IMG/VR virus record: IMGVR_UViG_3300045999_010033
Coordinates: 62,001-126,000 of that record
Direction: 5' to 3' (one strand)
Length of the DNA stretch: 64,000 bases
The notes below the pieces were generated by a model that was not told the DNA's origin, did no database searches, and saw only the letters and a program-made list of their open reading frames with translations. Positions 1-9,389 of this stretch are shown here, piece after piece (the stretch's first letter is position 1; each line of letters starts with the position of its first letter). Both the position numbers and the translations under genes were made by a program.

Positions 1-41
1 TAATAGTTCTTCCGGATGAATAATGATTTTCATACCAATAG

Positions 42-152
42 TTATTTTTTACTATCATTCTCGTTTTTAGTATGGATATAATCCATTCCACCATATTTCA
101 ACCACAATACCGATAGGGCCATTGCGGAGATTAGTATTACAATTCCTAACAT
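42..152 (-). CDS. small membrane protein (36 aa, not in ORF track)
   Basis: Hand translation MLGIVILISAMALSVLWLKYGGMDYIHTKNENDSKK*; hydrophobic N-terminus; fills the gap after clpP. Confidence 0.55.
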   Translation of the reverse strand: MLGIVILISAMALSVLWLKYGGMDYIHTKNENDSKK

Positions 153-169
153 AGTTATTAATATTTTAT

Positions 170-739
170 CTATTTTATAATTTCATCAATGATACCAAGT
201 TTCAAAGCTTCATCTGAACTAATAAACCAGTCCTTTTTATCTTTGTAGTTTTTATCCAACATTTCTCTTGTCATCTTTGTGTATTCCAATGTATGCTCCT
301 CAATCATTGATTGTAGCCTCTTTGCTTCCTCCACATCTTCTTCTATATCTTTCAACTTTCCCCATACGGCGCTGCTTACTTGATGATACATATGGGTTGC
401 TTTTTCATATGAATAACGTCTATGTCCAGTTATTGCTATCATAAATCCGCAACTCATAGCTGCACCGGTTACGACCGTATGTACTGGAACTTTTGATTTA
501 TCCATAACACTTAATAGTCCAAAGCACTGATATACTGCACCGCCATATGAATCTATATAAAGCATAATCGGTTTGGGTTTGTAAGTCATACCATATAATT
601 CTGCTAACTTAGCCAAGTCAGCATCTTCATCATTAATATCAATAATTGCCTTTGTGATTTCGTTAATCGAATCTTGGTCTACTTGTTTGGCCAAGTATAA
701 GTTTCTTTCTTTTGGGATTGGTAATTGTGGTAATGCCAT
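170..739 (-). CDS. clpP: ClpP-like ATP-dependent protease proteolytic subunit
   Basis: LYIDSYGG, AAMSCG (catalytic Ser), YHQ (His), KDWF (Asp) and EALKLGIIDEI match the ClpP family. Confidence 0.9.
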   Translation of the reverse strand: MALPQLPIPKERNLYLAKQVDQDSINEITKAIIDINDEDADLAKLAELYGMTYKPKPIMLYIDSYGGAVYQCFGLLSVMDKSKVPVHTVVTGAAMSCGFMIAITGHRRYSYEKATHMYHQVSSAVWGKLKDIEEDVEEAKRLQSMIEEHTLEYTKMTREMLDKNYKDKKDWFISSDEALKLGIIDEIIK

Positions 740-749
740 AACTTTTGTT

Positions 750-908
750 TTAATTTATTTCGTAAGCTTTTGGTGAAGGTAATCCGCTATATTCACAGAA
801 TAGTTCTTCTCTTTGTTTTTCCAGCTCAGTTTTGATGTGTTCAGGAAAATACACACCATCGCTTTCCATATCTGATAATGCTAGGTTGTTCGTATTTTGA
901 TTTTTCAT
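750..908 (-). CDS. hypothetical protein (52 aa, not in ORF track)
   Basis: Hand translation MKNQNTNNLALSDMESDGVYFPEHIKTELEKQREELFCEYSGLPSPKAYEIN*; tightly packed with neighbours. Confidence 0.6.
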   Translation of the reverse strand: MKNQNTNNLALSDMESDGVYFPEHIKTELEKQREELFCEYSGLPSPKAYEIN

Positions 909-909
909 T

Positions 910-1083
910 TTAGTTTTTATTTATTAGCGAATCCGTAAATACCCATCCGAAAAATAAAATTCCGATGGGCAGATTTACCGAATAACCTAATGCTACGGAT
1001 AATCCCAGCCCAATGACAAGTTTACAAGATTTTAATCCATCTTTAATAATTCGTTTGTACCAATACTCGTAATGGTTTTGCAT
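910..1083 (-). CDS. small membrane protein (57 aa, not in ORF track)
   Basis: Hand translation MQNHYEYWYKRIIKDGLKSCKLVIGLGLSVALGYSVNLPIGIFIFGWVFTDSLINKN*; two hydrophobic segments; same leader as clpP. Confidence 0.6.
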   Translation of the reverse strand: MQNHYEYWYKRIIKDGLKSCKLVIGLGLSVALGYSVNLPIGILFFGWVFTDSLINKN

Positions 1084-1095
1084 AACTTTTGTTTT

Positions 1096-2211
1096 TTAAT
1101 TTGAAAGGGGAAGTTTAATTGCCGGATGTGATTGGTAATTTAATATCTTAATATCGTTTGGTTTATAACACTCCCAATTATCTTTCTTGCAAAGGTAATC
1201 AGGTAATTTATCCAATTTAGGCAAATCATACGGCGTTCTTGTCAATTGCTCTTTCAATCCATCTATGTGATTGAGATAGATGTGACAATCTCCCAAATTA
1301 CCAATCACTTCTTCGGGAATCATATTGACTTCTTTGGCGATAATTTCTAATAGAAGTGCGTAGGATGCGATGTTGAATGGGAGCCCCAATCCCACGTCCA
1401 CTGACCTCTGTGACCAAATTAAAGAGATTGCTCTGGTTGGTATATTATGTTCTGATAATTGTTTTTCTGTGTAATAGAACCTGTAATCTTGAGGTAGCTT
1501 ATCTTTATCAATTACTCCTAAATGCTTATCCATCAACTTCACTCTCTCTGTCTCGTCTAACTCTCTCGTATAAAATTGAAACGAGTAGTGACACGGTGGC
1601 AAGACCATCTGGTCGAGTTCTCCAACATTCCAAGCACTCACAAGTATCCTCCTACTATCAGGGTCTGTCTTCAGTAGGTGAATCGCGTTTGCGATTTGGT
1701 CTGTATATTCGCCCGAACCATTATAATAATCTGCCCAGCTTCTCCATTGGTTACCGTAGATTGGTCCTAATTCTCCCCACATCTTTGCAAACTCATCATC
1801 GGTTTTGATTTTGTTGATGAATTGTTCTTTTGTAAAATGGACATAATTAGGATACCCACTATTAAACTCTAATCCATCAACTTTAAAGTGTTTCTCTCTA
1901 TCATAGAAGGTAATTGATGATATTTGAGTATTTTTATACCGTTTATAAGCATCCCCATCCCAAATATGGCATCCATTATCCACAAGATACTTAATGTTTG
2001 TGGAGCCGCGTAAGAACCACAGAAGTTCGGTCACCATTGTTTTCCATGCCATCTTCTTTGTAGTGAGAAGTGGAAATCCATCCTTCATAGAATGACGTAT
2101 GGTTCTACCAAATACTGATTTAGTTCCAGTACCGGTACGATCTCCTTTAGTGTATCCGTTTTGTAATATGTCTTTGACTAGATCTAAGTATTGTTGCTCT
2201 ATGTTACTCAT
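1096..2211 (-). CDS. thyA: thymidylate synthase with two large insertions
   Basis: DRTGTGT, ELLWFL, LPPCH, QRSVDVGLGLPFNIASY (Asn = dUMP-specific), DCHIY. Confidence 0.97.
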   Translation of the reverse strand: MSNIEQQYLDLVKDILQNGYTKGDRTGTGTKSVFGRTIRHSMKDGFPLLTTKKMAWKTMVTELLWFLRGSTNIKYLVDNGCHIWDGDAYKRYKNTQISSITFYDREKHFKVDGLEFNSGYPNYVHFTKEQFINKIKTDDEFAKMWGELGPIYGNQWRSWADYYNGSGEYTDQIANAIHLLKTDPDSRRILVSAWNVGELDQMVLPPCHYSFQFYTRELDETERVKLMDKHLGVIDKDKLPQDYRFYYTEKQLSEHNIPTRAISLIWSQRSVDVGLGLPFNIASYALLLEIIAKEVNMIPEEVIGNLGDCHIYLNHIDGLKEQLTRTPYDLPKLDKLPDYLCKKDNWECYKPNDIKILNYQSHPAIKLPLSN

Positions 2212-2224
2212 TTCATTTTGTTTA

Positions 2225-2452
2225 TTAATCTAATACTTCTATTTGTGTTTTACCGCATTTCAAACAGATCCTTTCTTGAACTTCTTCCACATAATCAATA
2301 CTTTGTCCTGTTTTAAAGTTAAATTGTCTGCGTTCTCTATCATATCTTTTCCATTTGGTCCATTTATGAAAAAGGAAACAAGAACTCTTTTTCTCATTGT
2401 TAAATGTTTGTGCGGTTGTAAACCCAGTCATCATATATTCTGTGTTAGACAT
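2225..2452 (-). CDS. hypothetical protein, possible Zn-binding
   Basis: CFLFHKW ... CLKCG metal-ligand pattern. Confidence 0.6.
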   Translation of the reverse strand: MSNTEYMMTGFTTAQTFNNEKKSSCFLFHKWTKWKRYDRERRQFNFKTGQSIDYVEEVQERICLKCGKTQIEVLD

Positions 2453-2651
2453 TTTCGTTTTGTTTTATTGACTTATAGTTGATATCAGCATCTTTGTCTA
2501 CATAGGTTGTCGCTACACCATCGTTTTCATAAAGGTTATTGTTTTGTTGAGCCTTTAATATATCTTTGTAGTTTGTAAGTTTAGTAAACGTACCATACGA
2601 ATCTTTTTCGTAAAATCCTTCTTCTAAGTAGTTACCAAATAGTAGTCCCAT
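2445..2651 (-). CDS. hypothetical protein
   Basis: ORF track; packed in operon. Confidence 0.6.
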   Translation of the reverse strand: MGLLFGNYLEEGFYEKDSYGTFTKLTNYKDILKAQQNNNLYENDGVATTYVDKDADINYKSIKQNENV

Positions 2652-2676
2652 ATGTTATTCATTTTCGTTTTGTTTT
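2450..2676. repeat. 17-bp direct repeat at gene junctions (2450-2466 and 2660-2676)
   Basis: cattttcgttttgtttt occurs twice (AAAACAAAACGAAAATG on coding strand); both upstream ORFs end KQNEN(V/E)*. Confidence 0.8.
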
Positions 2677-2807
2677 GACATTTGATTTACAACATCATCA
2701 ATACTTTTTATCCATGCACCAATGATATCACGGAAATTAAATATTGACATATGAGCATCCCATATTTCTTTTGGTATTTCTACTTTAATGATCCTTTTGT
2801 TATTCAT
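2655..2807 (-). CDS. hypothetical protein (50 aa, not in ORF track)
   Basis: Hand translation MNNKRIIKVEIPKEIWDAHMSIFNFRDIIGAWIKSIDDVVNQMSKQNENE*; overlaps the upstream stop. Confidence 0.55.
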   Translation of the reverse strand: MNNKRIIKVEIPKEIWDAHMSIFNFRDIIGAWIKSIDDVVNQMSKQNENE

Positions 2808-3246
2808 AAACCTTTATAGTTTCTCCGTTATAGATTACAGTGATTTCTTTTGTTGGTGTTGGTTGATAGTATGGGTTATCATAGTCTGGTAATTGTTCAG
2901 GATTGAAAAATCTTTCCATACCAGTTTCATAGTTATTGTTGAACCAAATGTTATATCTTCTTTCTTCAGTTAACATTTGTTCTTCAATCTTTAAACCCCA
3001 CTTTTCGGAGAACTCTTGGTCGGTTTTACATTTGTTGATGAACTCATCTTTTGTATAAGCTCTAAGATCATAAGCAAATGACGGATTAGTAGAAAAGTGT
3101 TCATAGAATCCATCAAATTCAACTAAGCATCCATCCATATAACCCGTAATTCTATCTAAGCCTGCTTGTACTCCTATAACTACATGACTCAAATATCCTC
3201 TATGATAAACCTCATCAATGATTTGGTTGTATCTTTCTTTACTCAT
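2800..3246 (-). CDS. hypothetical protein resembling the ThyA insertion loops
   Basis: TKDEFINKCKTDQEFSEKWG vs ThyA TKEQFINKIKTDDEFAKMWG; PTKEITVIY vs PTRAISLIW. Confidence 0.75.
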   Translation of the reverse strand: MSKERYNQIIDEVYHRGYLSHVVIGVQAGLDRITGYMDGCLVEFDGFYEHFSTNPSFAYDLRAYTKDEFINKCKTDQEFSEKWGLKIEEQMLTEERRYNIWFNNNYETGMERFFNPEQLPDYDNPYYQPTPTKEITVIYNGETIKVYE

Positions 3247-3249
3247 AAC

Positions 3250-3795
3250 TTAATATCTTTCATAGTAATCAAATACTTCCTCTAATTGAGAAGGATCTTT
3301 AACCCACATAATCCAATCATCTTTCTCTATTTCTTCCTCTATTACATCAACATAGAATGTTTTTGGAGTAAATGGAAATCCTTTAATCCTTACTCTTATT
3401 TGATTCGTACTATTGATTGCATCCTCTCTTGTTAGATATAGCGGGCCTGTCCAAGTTGTACCATTTGGGCATCTCTTTACTATTGCGGTATTATAGGTGC
3501 ACGTTCCATCCGCGTATTTGAATACCGCACTATATCTTTTATTTTGAAGTACATCATCAAATACGTTTGCCCATTCATCATCCGTTCCTTGTACAGGAGA
3601 TAGTGGTTCAAATTTAGCAAGTTTACTAAAAATATGAATAACTCCAGCTGCCGACATCCCGGAGTGCCCTTGTTTGGAAAATACTTCGATTAATTCCATA
3701 ACGGCGTTTCCCGTCATTCCTTCATAGAAATCTCCTTCCTTCGAGAATAGTCCTGCTAATTCTAATTCTGATTTTGCGTGTTCTATTAGTGACAT
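3250..3795 (-). CDS. phage hypothetical protein
   Basis: 181-aa ORF with FSKQGHSGMSA segment; no assignable function. Confidence 0.75.
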   Translation of the reverse strand: MSLIEHAKSELELAGLFSKEGDFYEGMTGNAVMELIEVFSKQGHSGMSAAGVIHIFSKLAKFEPLSPVQGTDDEWANVFDDVLQNKRYSAVFKYADGTCTYNTAIVKRCPNGTTWTGPLYLTREDAINSTNQIRVRIKGFPFTPKTFYVDVIEEEIEKDDWIMWVKDPSQLEEVFDYYERY

Positions 3796-3798
3796 ATA

Positions 3799-4284
3799 TT
3801 ATTTTATTTGTTTTGCTACGTTTTCAAGTGATGCCCAATGTCCAGAAGATTTTGATGATAGTACACCTGCCGCTATACCTTTTCCTCGTGATTGAGTAGT
3901 TCCAACATATATGTTTGTTTTGGGGATATCCGAACCTTCAATGGCTGCTGATAGTTTTGGATTTGGTGCGTATGGTTCTATTATCCATATACGATTTGGA
4001 TCTATTGATTTTCTTTTTAGTATTTGTACCGCGTGTCTACAACCTGCACTAAACAATACCACTTTGGCACTTTTGTTTTTAGTTATTGCGTTTATTATTT
4101 CATTTGAGTTATCATTGTATCTGAACGCCATAACGGATTTATCTTTGCCGAATCCACTTTTGAATATGGTAACTTGCTCATTTAAAGATTTATACCCTGC
4201 TCCATCTAATCCGCCAACGAATATGACATCTATTGGTTGAAAAATGGTTTTGAAAAATAACGTTATAATTAATAGTATTTTCAT
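3799..4284 (-). CDS. putative secreted small alpha/beta-hydrolase-like protein
   Basis: Signal-like N-terminus; FVGGL, LFSAG elbow-like Ser, late His (SGHW). Confidence 0.45.
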   Translation of the reverse strand: MKILLIITLFFKTIFQPIDVIFVGGLDGAGYKSLNEQVTIFKSGFGKDKSVMAFRYNDNSNEIINAITKNKSAKVVLFSAGCRHAVQILKRKSIDPNRIWIIEPYAPNPKLSAAIEGSDIPKTNIYVGTTQSRGKGIAAGVLSSKSSGHWASLENVAKQIK

Positions 4285-4297
4285 CTGCTTTTATTAA

Positions 4298-4492
4298 TCA
4301 TATGGGTTCATCACTTTTATTAAGCGAACTGCTGATTGTGTGATGTAGTGGCATATATAAAGCATAAATCCCAACCGCTTCGAAGAAGTTTAGGTCGGGA
4401 ATTATATCTATAATCTTTGTAAAATAAGAAATAGCGAGTCCGATAATGGATGTAACGAAGATTACTTGTAGTGCAATTGATATTCCTTTCAT
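4298..4492 (-). CDS. small two-helix membrane protein
   Basis: Two hydrophobic stretches; directly downstream of a promoter motif. Confidence 0.6.
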   Translation of the reverse strand: MKGISIALQVIFVTSIIGLAISYFTKIIDIIPDLNFFEAVGIYALYMPLHHTISSSLNKSDEPI

Positions 4493-4515
4493 TTTATATT
4501 GTTTTGTTATTGCAA

Positions 4516-4546
4516 CAATATACGAAAGATTTAGGAATATTCCAAA
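4516..4546 (-). promoter_or_regulatory. Bacteroidota sigma-type promoter
   Basis: TTTG-N20-TATATTG on minus strand. Confidence 0.7.
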
Positions 4547-4548
4547 TT

Positions 4549-5559
4549 TTATTTTGTAATTGGTTGCGGGCCTCCTGCTGCACCGGTATCTGCTGCTTTT
4601 GCACGGATACCCATATCCTCTGCGAATTTGTTTGAACGTTTAACCAATGGAACAATAGGTTCATCAATTACCCTAACGTTCATAGAAATAGGTTTATCTG
4701 GATGTGCCGCGTTATGTGCAACAACCGCTGCCCAACGATGGTGTCCATCCAATACATACCCATCATTCGATATGTAAATAGGTGCAGTTATCTTAGCGTA
4801 TGCAGGATGGTCTGGGTTGTCAAGTACTTTACTCATTCCTGCCACTTTCACTCCAACCAATTCAGATTGTGTTGCTTTCAATCTGTCAGGTGGAACCGCC
4901 ATAGGTTTAGATACTTTGATACCTTTTTTGTTCAACATTTCTTTGAAAAACTCTTCGGTATCTGCTTCACCCGATTCATCCTTTGGAAGTTTATCAGCGG
5001 GCGAACCTGCTACCGGTGTTCCTTTAAATTGGGGCATATCTGCTCTTGGAATACCTTTGTTATCATCACAATAAAGGTTTGTTCCGGGAATACTCACCTG
5101 ACATAGATTGAAGTTTGGTGCTTTTTCTCCTTTCTCTTTTGCTTGCTTACCTAGCTCTGCAAGTTTATCTATGATGGTAGATATCTGCTGCCTTTCTATA
5201 TTAGAAACATCATCCAATCCTTTTTTAGATGTGTCTATTCCTGGTATCAATGATTTCAATTTTGTATCATCAATACCAGTTGTAGAAGTTTTTTCCGCAG
5301 AGCTCTTGAAATCAATATTTGAAGATTTTCCTGCAGGCGTTTGTGGAGTCGCAGTAGTATTTACTTTTGTAGTTTTATCTTTTTTGGAAGGTAATTTGCC
5401 GCCGTTTTTTTCTTTGGCAGTTTCTACTTCATCCGGAGTAGGTTTGTCATGAATATCTGGATTGAACGTTTTAACTTTATAAACGTTTCCTGTTTTCTTA
5501 TTTTTTACAATATCATCCTCATTGATGATATTGTAAAGCTTTCTTTCAATTTTATTCAT
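4549..5559 (-). CDS. ParB/sulfiredoxin-like domain protein with low-complexity N-terminus
   Basis: LKATQSEL ... PIYISNDGYVLDGHHRWAA (ParB-N DGHHR motif). Confidence 0.8.
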   Translation of the reverse strand: MNKIERKLYNIINEDDIVKNKKTGNVYKVKTFNPDIHDKPTPDEVETAKEKNGGKLPSKKDKTTKVNTTATPQTPAGKSSNIDFKSSAEKTSTTGIDDTKLKSLIPGIDTSKKGLDDVSNIERQQISTIIDKLAELGKQAKEKGEKAPNFNLCQVSIPGTNLYCDDNKGIPRADMPQFKGTPVAGSPADKLPKDESGEADTEEFFKEMLNKKGIKVSKPMAVPPDRLKATQSELVGVKVAGMSKVLDNPDHPAYAKITAPIYISNDGYVLDGHHRWAAVVAHNAAHPDKPISMNVRVIDEPIVPLVKRSNKFAEDMGIRAKAADTGAAGGPQPITK

Positions 5560-5678
5560 TACCCTTGCCCTCTGTAGTTTTTTTCTTTACGATTGTGCTT
5601 ATTAAAACTCTTTTGAGATTTTCCACGTTTTCTTTTACCGAATGAAATTTTCCTACTATCAGATGAAACTTTTGCCAT
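5559..5678 (-). CDS. small basic peptide (39 aa, not in ORF track)
   Basis: MAKVSSDSRKISFGKRKRGKSQKSFNKHNRKEKNYRGQG*; TAATG overlaps at both ends. Confidence 0.7.
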   Translation of the reverse strand: MAKVSSDSRKISFGKRKRGKSQKSFNKHNRKEKNYRGQG

Positions 5679-5890
5679 TATTTTGTTACTTTTTTAGTTG
5701 AACGTTTTTTAGGCACTTCCGTTGTAACTGCATCCGTTATTTGTGTTTCTACTACTTCTTTTTTAGGAGCCTTTACAATCTTTAGTGGCGTTTCTTTAGC
5801 CGCTTCAAGCACTGCTTTATCAATAGTAATTGGTAACTCTTTGTGTTGCTGCTTTTTGAATAAATTTTTAATAAACGAAAATAGTCCCAT
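5678..5890 (-). CDS. Lys-rich hypothetical protein
   Basis: MGLFSFIKNLF amphipathic start; downstream of TATATTTATAT motif. Confidence 0.65.
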   Translation of the reverse strand: MGLFSFIKNLFKKQQHKELPITIDKAVLEAAKETPLKIVKAPKKEVVETQITDAVTTEVPKKRSTKKVTK

Positions 5891-5904
5891 TTTGTTTTAG
5901 TTTA

Positions 5905-5915
5905 ATATAAATATA
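5905..5915 (-). promoter_or_regulatory. putative phage late-promoter motif
   Basis: TATATTTATAT, recurring in several intergenic gaps. Confidence 0.5.
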
Positions 5916-5924
5916 TAAAAGTTG

Positions 5925-7127
5925 TTAAAATCCTTTATTTGGAAAGCGAGTCCATCCATTTATCCAAATAGGTTTTGAAAATATTTCCATTTCGGATTTT
6001 GTATAAACGACCTCTTTACTTCCTTGTGAAATTGATTTGGTCTTCATTTCAGATGCCGTAAATAAGGCCGAAGTTGACCTGAAATTCAATAGTGGATCGT
6101 ATGCTTGAACTTCATTGTTTTCAAATTTAGAAACACCATCCTTATAAGATTGTGCCGTTTCATTTGATTCAATACTAAAACCACCTTTTTGGTATCCCAA
6201 AATTTTTGAATTGGTTATAGTGAATCGAGTTGCTCTTCTCCATCTTAATCCTAAATTATGGTTTGGTAGGGCGGTTGCATCAAATGGACCGACTAATATC
6301 ATACCTATTAATTTAGGATGTGTAAATGGTTGTGCGGATGAACCCGTTCCATCGTTATCACATTCCACACCATTTCCGGCATCACCATTATCTACAAATT
6401 TTGGGTCTCTTTTTGCTACACCACTTTCAATTGTACCACAATATCCGAAATCAAAATCAAAATCATCATCGGCGGTTGCATATGCATATAGGTTTTTACA
6501 ATTAACAGTACCACCGAAAAATTCAAAAGCATCATCGTTTGCGTAAACCGTTTGCACATTTTCGATGATAGTCCCACTACCTACACCGCCGAGAGTCAAT
6601 CCATTTATTTCCGAATTGGGCATTGCTGCAATACCGGCGTATTCAATTCGGACATACTTTAGAATCCCACTATTGTCTGCATCATTCGTTCCACCATACG
6701 GTCTTCCGATTCCGCCTTCGATTGTAGGTTCAGTAGAGCGGTTTGTTGTTGCTTTACCTAAAATTACAACGCCACCCCAATCGCCGGGTGCTCTTTCTCC
6801 TACGGGTTTGCCCGAAGTGAATACAATCGGTTTTTGGGCCGTTCCTTCTGCTATGATTTGTGCGCCCCTTTCAACAATCAATGCACCTTTTTCTGCTATA
6901 TCGGATACTATGGTAGTACCTGGTTGAATAACCAGTTTTGCTCCATCGGTCACATACACATATCCTTTTAGAGTCCAAGTTTTGTCGGATGTCAATGTAA
7001 TCGTGGTATTGATATTTCCATTCAATGTGGTCGATGTAGGAACATTTGGGGGTGGGTCTCCTCCTCCCAATTCTTTTTTACATCCAAATAATACGATAAT
7101 ACAAATACCTAAAAGTAAATTTTTCAT
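5925..7127 (-). CDS. surface lipoprotein, probable beta-helix, partner of TonB-dependent receptor
   Basis: Lipobox LFGC at Cys16; GDWGG, YVRIEYAG, EINGLTLGGVG, DDAFEFFGG, DDDFDFDFGY acidic repeats. Confidence 0.75.
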   Translation of the reverse strand: MKNLLLGICIIVLFGCKKELGGGDPPPNVPTSTTLNGNINTTITLTSDKTWTLKGYVYVTDGAKLVIQPGTTIVSDIAEKGALIVERGAQIIAEGTAQKPIVFTSGKPVGERAPGDWGGVVILGKATTNRSTEPTIEGGIGRPYGGTNDADNSGILKYVRIEYAGIAAMPNSEINGLTLGGVGSGTIIENVQTVYANDDAFEFFGGTVNCKNLYAYATADDDFDFDFGYCGTIESGVAKRDPKFVDNGDAGNGVECDNDGTGSSAQPFTHPKLIGMILVGPFDATALPNHNLGLRWRRATRFTITNSKILGYQKGGFSIESNETAQSYKDGVSKFENNEVQAYDPLLNFRSTSALFTASEMKTKSISQGSKEVVYTKSEMEIFSKPIWINGWTRFPNKGF

Positions 7128-9376
7128 AATTTCAAATTTAATGTCAATGAAACGGTTTGTTCGTTGTTTGTTTTTATTAGATTCCTTTTTGTTTGTAACT
7201 TTTGATAATAAACCGATGGTTGTGCTAATATATCACCTATTGCCAATTTAATATCACCTCGTTTGATTTTGCGAAGAAACACTACATCAATAACATCCCT
7301 AGCGTTTTCAAAAATATCTGCGTATCCCTGAAATCCTACTGCTGATATTCTATCTCCAACTCGATTGTAAGATATGTTAAGTGTGTTTTGTTTTCTTTTA
7401 ATGTTTACGCCTGAGTTTATTACATAGTTTGATTGTCCCTGCAATTGTCTTTTTATTTTATTCACATTTACTTCCGAGTTCATAAGAGATGCATTTGTGT
7501 ACACATCTAACCAATCTTTTATTTTCTTCCGAACCTCAACCTCTACTCCAAAAAGTGTAGCCCGATTAGGGTTGGTGTATGTAAGTAAAAGATTAGAAGG
7601 AACTGAACCATCTGCTACAATTTGTTCAATTGGTTTTAGAAAATATTTACCAAATGCCGAAACGGATACACTTTGATTATCTGATATGTAATTCTCCCAT
7701 TTAAGGTCAATGTTATAGATGTCCGATTTTTCTAAATTTGAATTACCCAATATTTGTGCATTCCTTACAAAATCATAATAAGCAAAATTGGCTACCTCTC
7801 TAAATTCAGGCCTGGCTAATGTTTTACTTACCGAAAACCTATACTTTGTTTTCTCTAAATTGTAAGAAAGGTTTACCGATGGGAGTAGGTCTAAATAGTT
7901 TCTATCTACAGTTATCGGTGTACCACTAAAATCGGATGTATTTACTTTGAATGTATTATATTCGGTTCTTAGACCGGTATTGAGTTTCCATTTACCCCAA
8001 GTATTATCATACATCGCATATCCACTTGCTAAGTCAAAATCGGAATTGTATTTATCGGTATTGTTTGTAATTTCATCCAACATATCGGAAGCAGTATATC
8101 TAAATACTCTGGCTTTAAATTCTCTAAACTTTTTAGTATATCCTGCTCCTACTTTAACCCTACCAAAATCTTTATTAAGATTTCCATTAAACGCGTTTTC
8201 ATCCATTATAGACCAAAACCGATATGTATCTCTCCAAGCGATAGTGTATGGTGTATTTACTCCTAATGATTTAGTTATAGGATTTACTCTATAATCCGGT
8301 TGCTCTCTGAATGTAAAATTATACCCTAAATTAAAGTCCCAATCTTTTACCTTTCCATCTAATTGAGAATTGATGATGAATGAGTTAATATGATTTGAAG
8401 CATTACTCAATACATTTTGTACATTATCATAATTATTGCCCACACGCGTAAGATATGAATCATCTTTTTGATAATTCAAAAGGGTCTTCCAACTATAACG
8501 ATTTTTTCCCAAATAAGTTAAATTCAGCAATCCATTGGCTTGAAGCCTTTTTGTGTATAAGGTATCTTTATAATCATATGCCAACTCCGTTGATGATTGG
8601 TAATCCGTTCTTTCAATATAGTTTAACCCATAGGAGTTTCTAATCGTTGAACTCAATATACCATTCCACTTACCTCGCTTATATCCGGCCGAAAAAGAAC
8701 CATTTAAGTTAGAAGGTGAAGTGAATCCTTTTGCAACTGGTGATTCTATCAACTTTGTGAATGCCCTTCTATCTCCATTTGAGCTAGTTCTGAATGCATA
8801 CGTGGATGGAAACCTTTGTGGGAACTCCGTTTCTCTTACTAAAGAGAATGATTTGAATGATGAAACCATTCCCAATCCACTACCTAATGATAGGTTAATG
8901 CTATTATCAAATACATCCTTTGTTGTAATTTGCACCAATCCTCCGGTCCAATCTCCAGGCAAATTAGCCGCAGCCGATTTGGCTATGATAATATTATCAA
9001 CCAACGACGTTGGAATAATATCAAACGAAAACGCCCTTCTATCGGGTTCGGTAGATGGCAGTAATGTTTTATTTAACATTGCGGAATTATATCTGTCTGC
9101 CAATCCCCTTACTAAAACAAACTTATCATTTTGTACCGTTACACCTGAAATTCTTTTTAATGCATCACTAACCGTCCTATCGGGTGTTTTCTTAATAAAT
9201 TCAATTGATAATCCATCTGATACTACATTTGAATTACGAATTGTTTTTATAACGGATATTTCTGTCGTTTTTTGTCCGGTAGTTTTAACTGATATTTCGG
9301 ATAGTGTTTTGTTGAAAACGGTATCCTGACATATTACTCCAATTGGTAGTAGTAGAAATAAAATTATGGATTTCAT
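7124..9376 (-). CDS. TonB-dependent receptor (compact, 750 aa)
   Basis: Signal peptide; plug motif DALKRISGVTVQ...VRGLADRYN; KTLARPEFRE; GNSNL; amphipathic beta-strand C-terminus. Confidence 0.9.
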   Translation of the reverse strand: MKSIILFLLLPIGVICQDTVFNKTLSEISVKTTGQKTTEISVIKTIRNSNVVSDGLSIEFIKKTPDRTVSDALKRISGVTVQNDKFVLVRGLADRYNSAMLNKTLLPSTEPDRRAFSFDIIPTSLVDNIIIAKSAAANLPGDWTGGLVQITTKDVFDNSINLSLGSGLGMVSSFKSFSLVRETEFPQRFPSTYAFRTSSNGDRRAFTKLIESPVAKGFTSPSNLNGSFSAGYKRGKWNGILSSTIRNSYGLNYIERTDYQSSTELAYDYKDTLYTKRLQANGLLNLTYLGKNRYSWKTLLNYQKDDSYLTRVGNNYDNVQNVLSNASNHINSFIINSQLDGKVKDWDFNLGYNFTFREQPDYRVNPITKSLGVNTPYTIAWRDTYRFWSIMDENAFNGNLNKDFGRVKVGAGYTKKFREFKARVFRYTASDMLDEITNNTDKYNSDFDLASGYAMYDNTWGKWKLNTGLRTEYNTFKVNTSDFSGTPITVDRNYLDLLPSVNLSYNLEKTKYRFSVSKTLARPEFREVANFAYYDFVRNAQILGNSNLEKSDIYNIDLKWENYISDNQSVSVSAFGKYFLKPIEQIVADGSVPSNLLLTYTNPNRATLFGVEVEVRKKIKDWLDVYTNASLMNSEVNVNKIKRQLQGQSNYVINSGVNIKRKQNTLNISYNRVGDRISAVGFQGYADIFENARDVIDVVFLRKIKRGDIKLAIGDILAQPSVYYQKLQTKRNLIKTNNEQTVSLTLNLKL

Positions 9377-9389
9377 AAATTGTTTTTGA

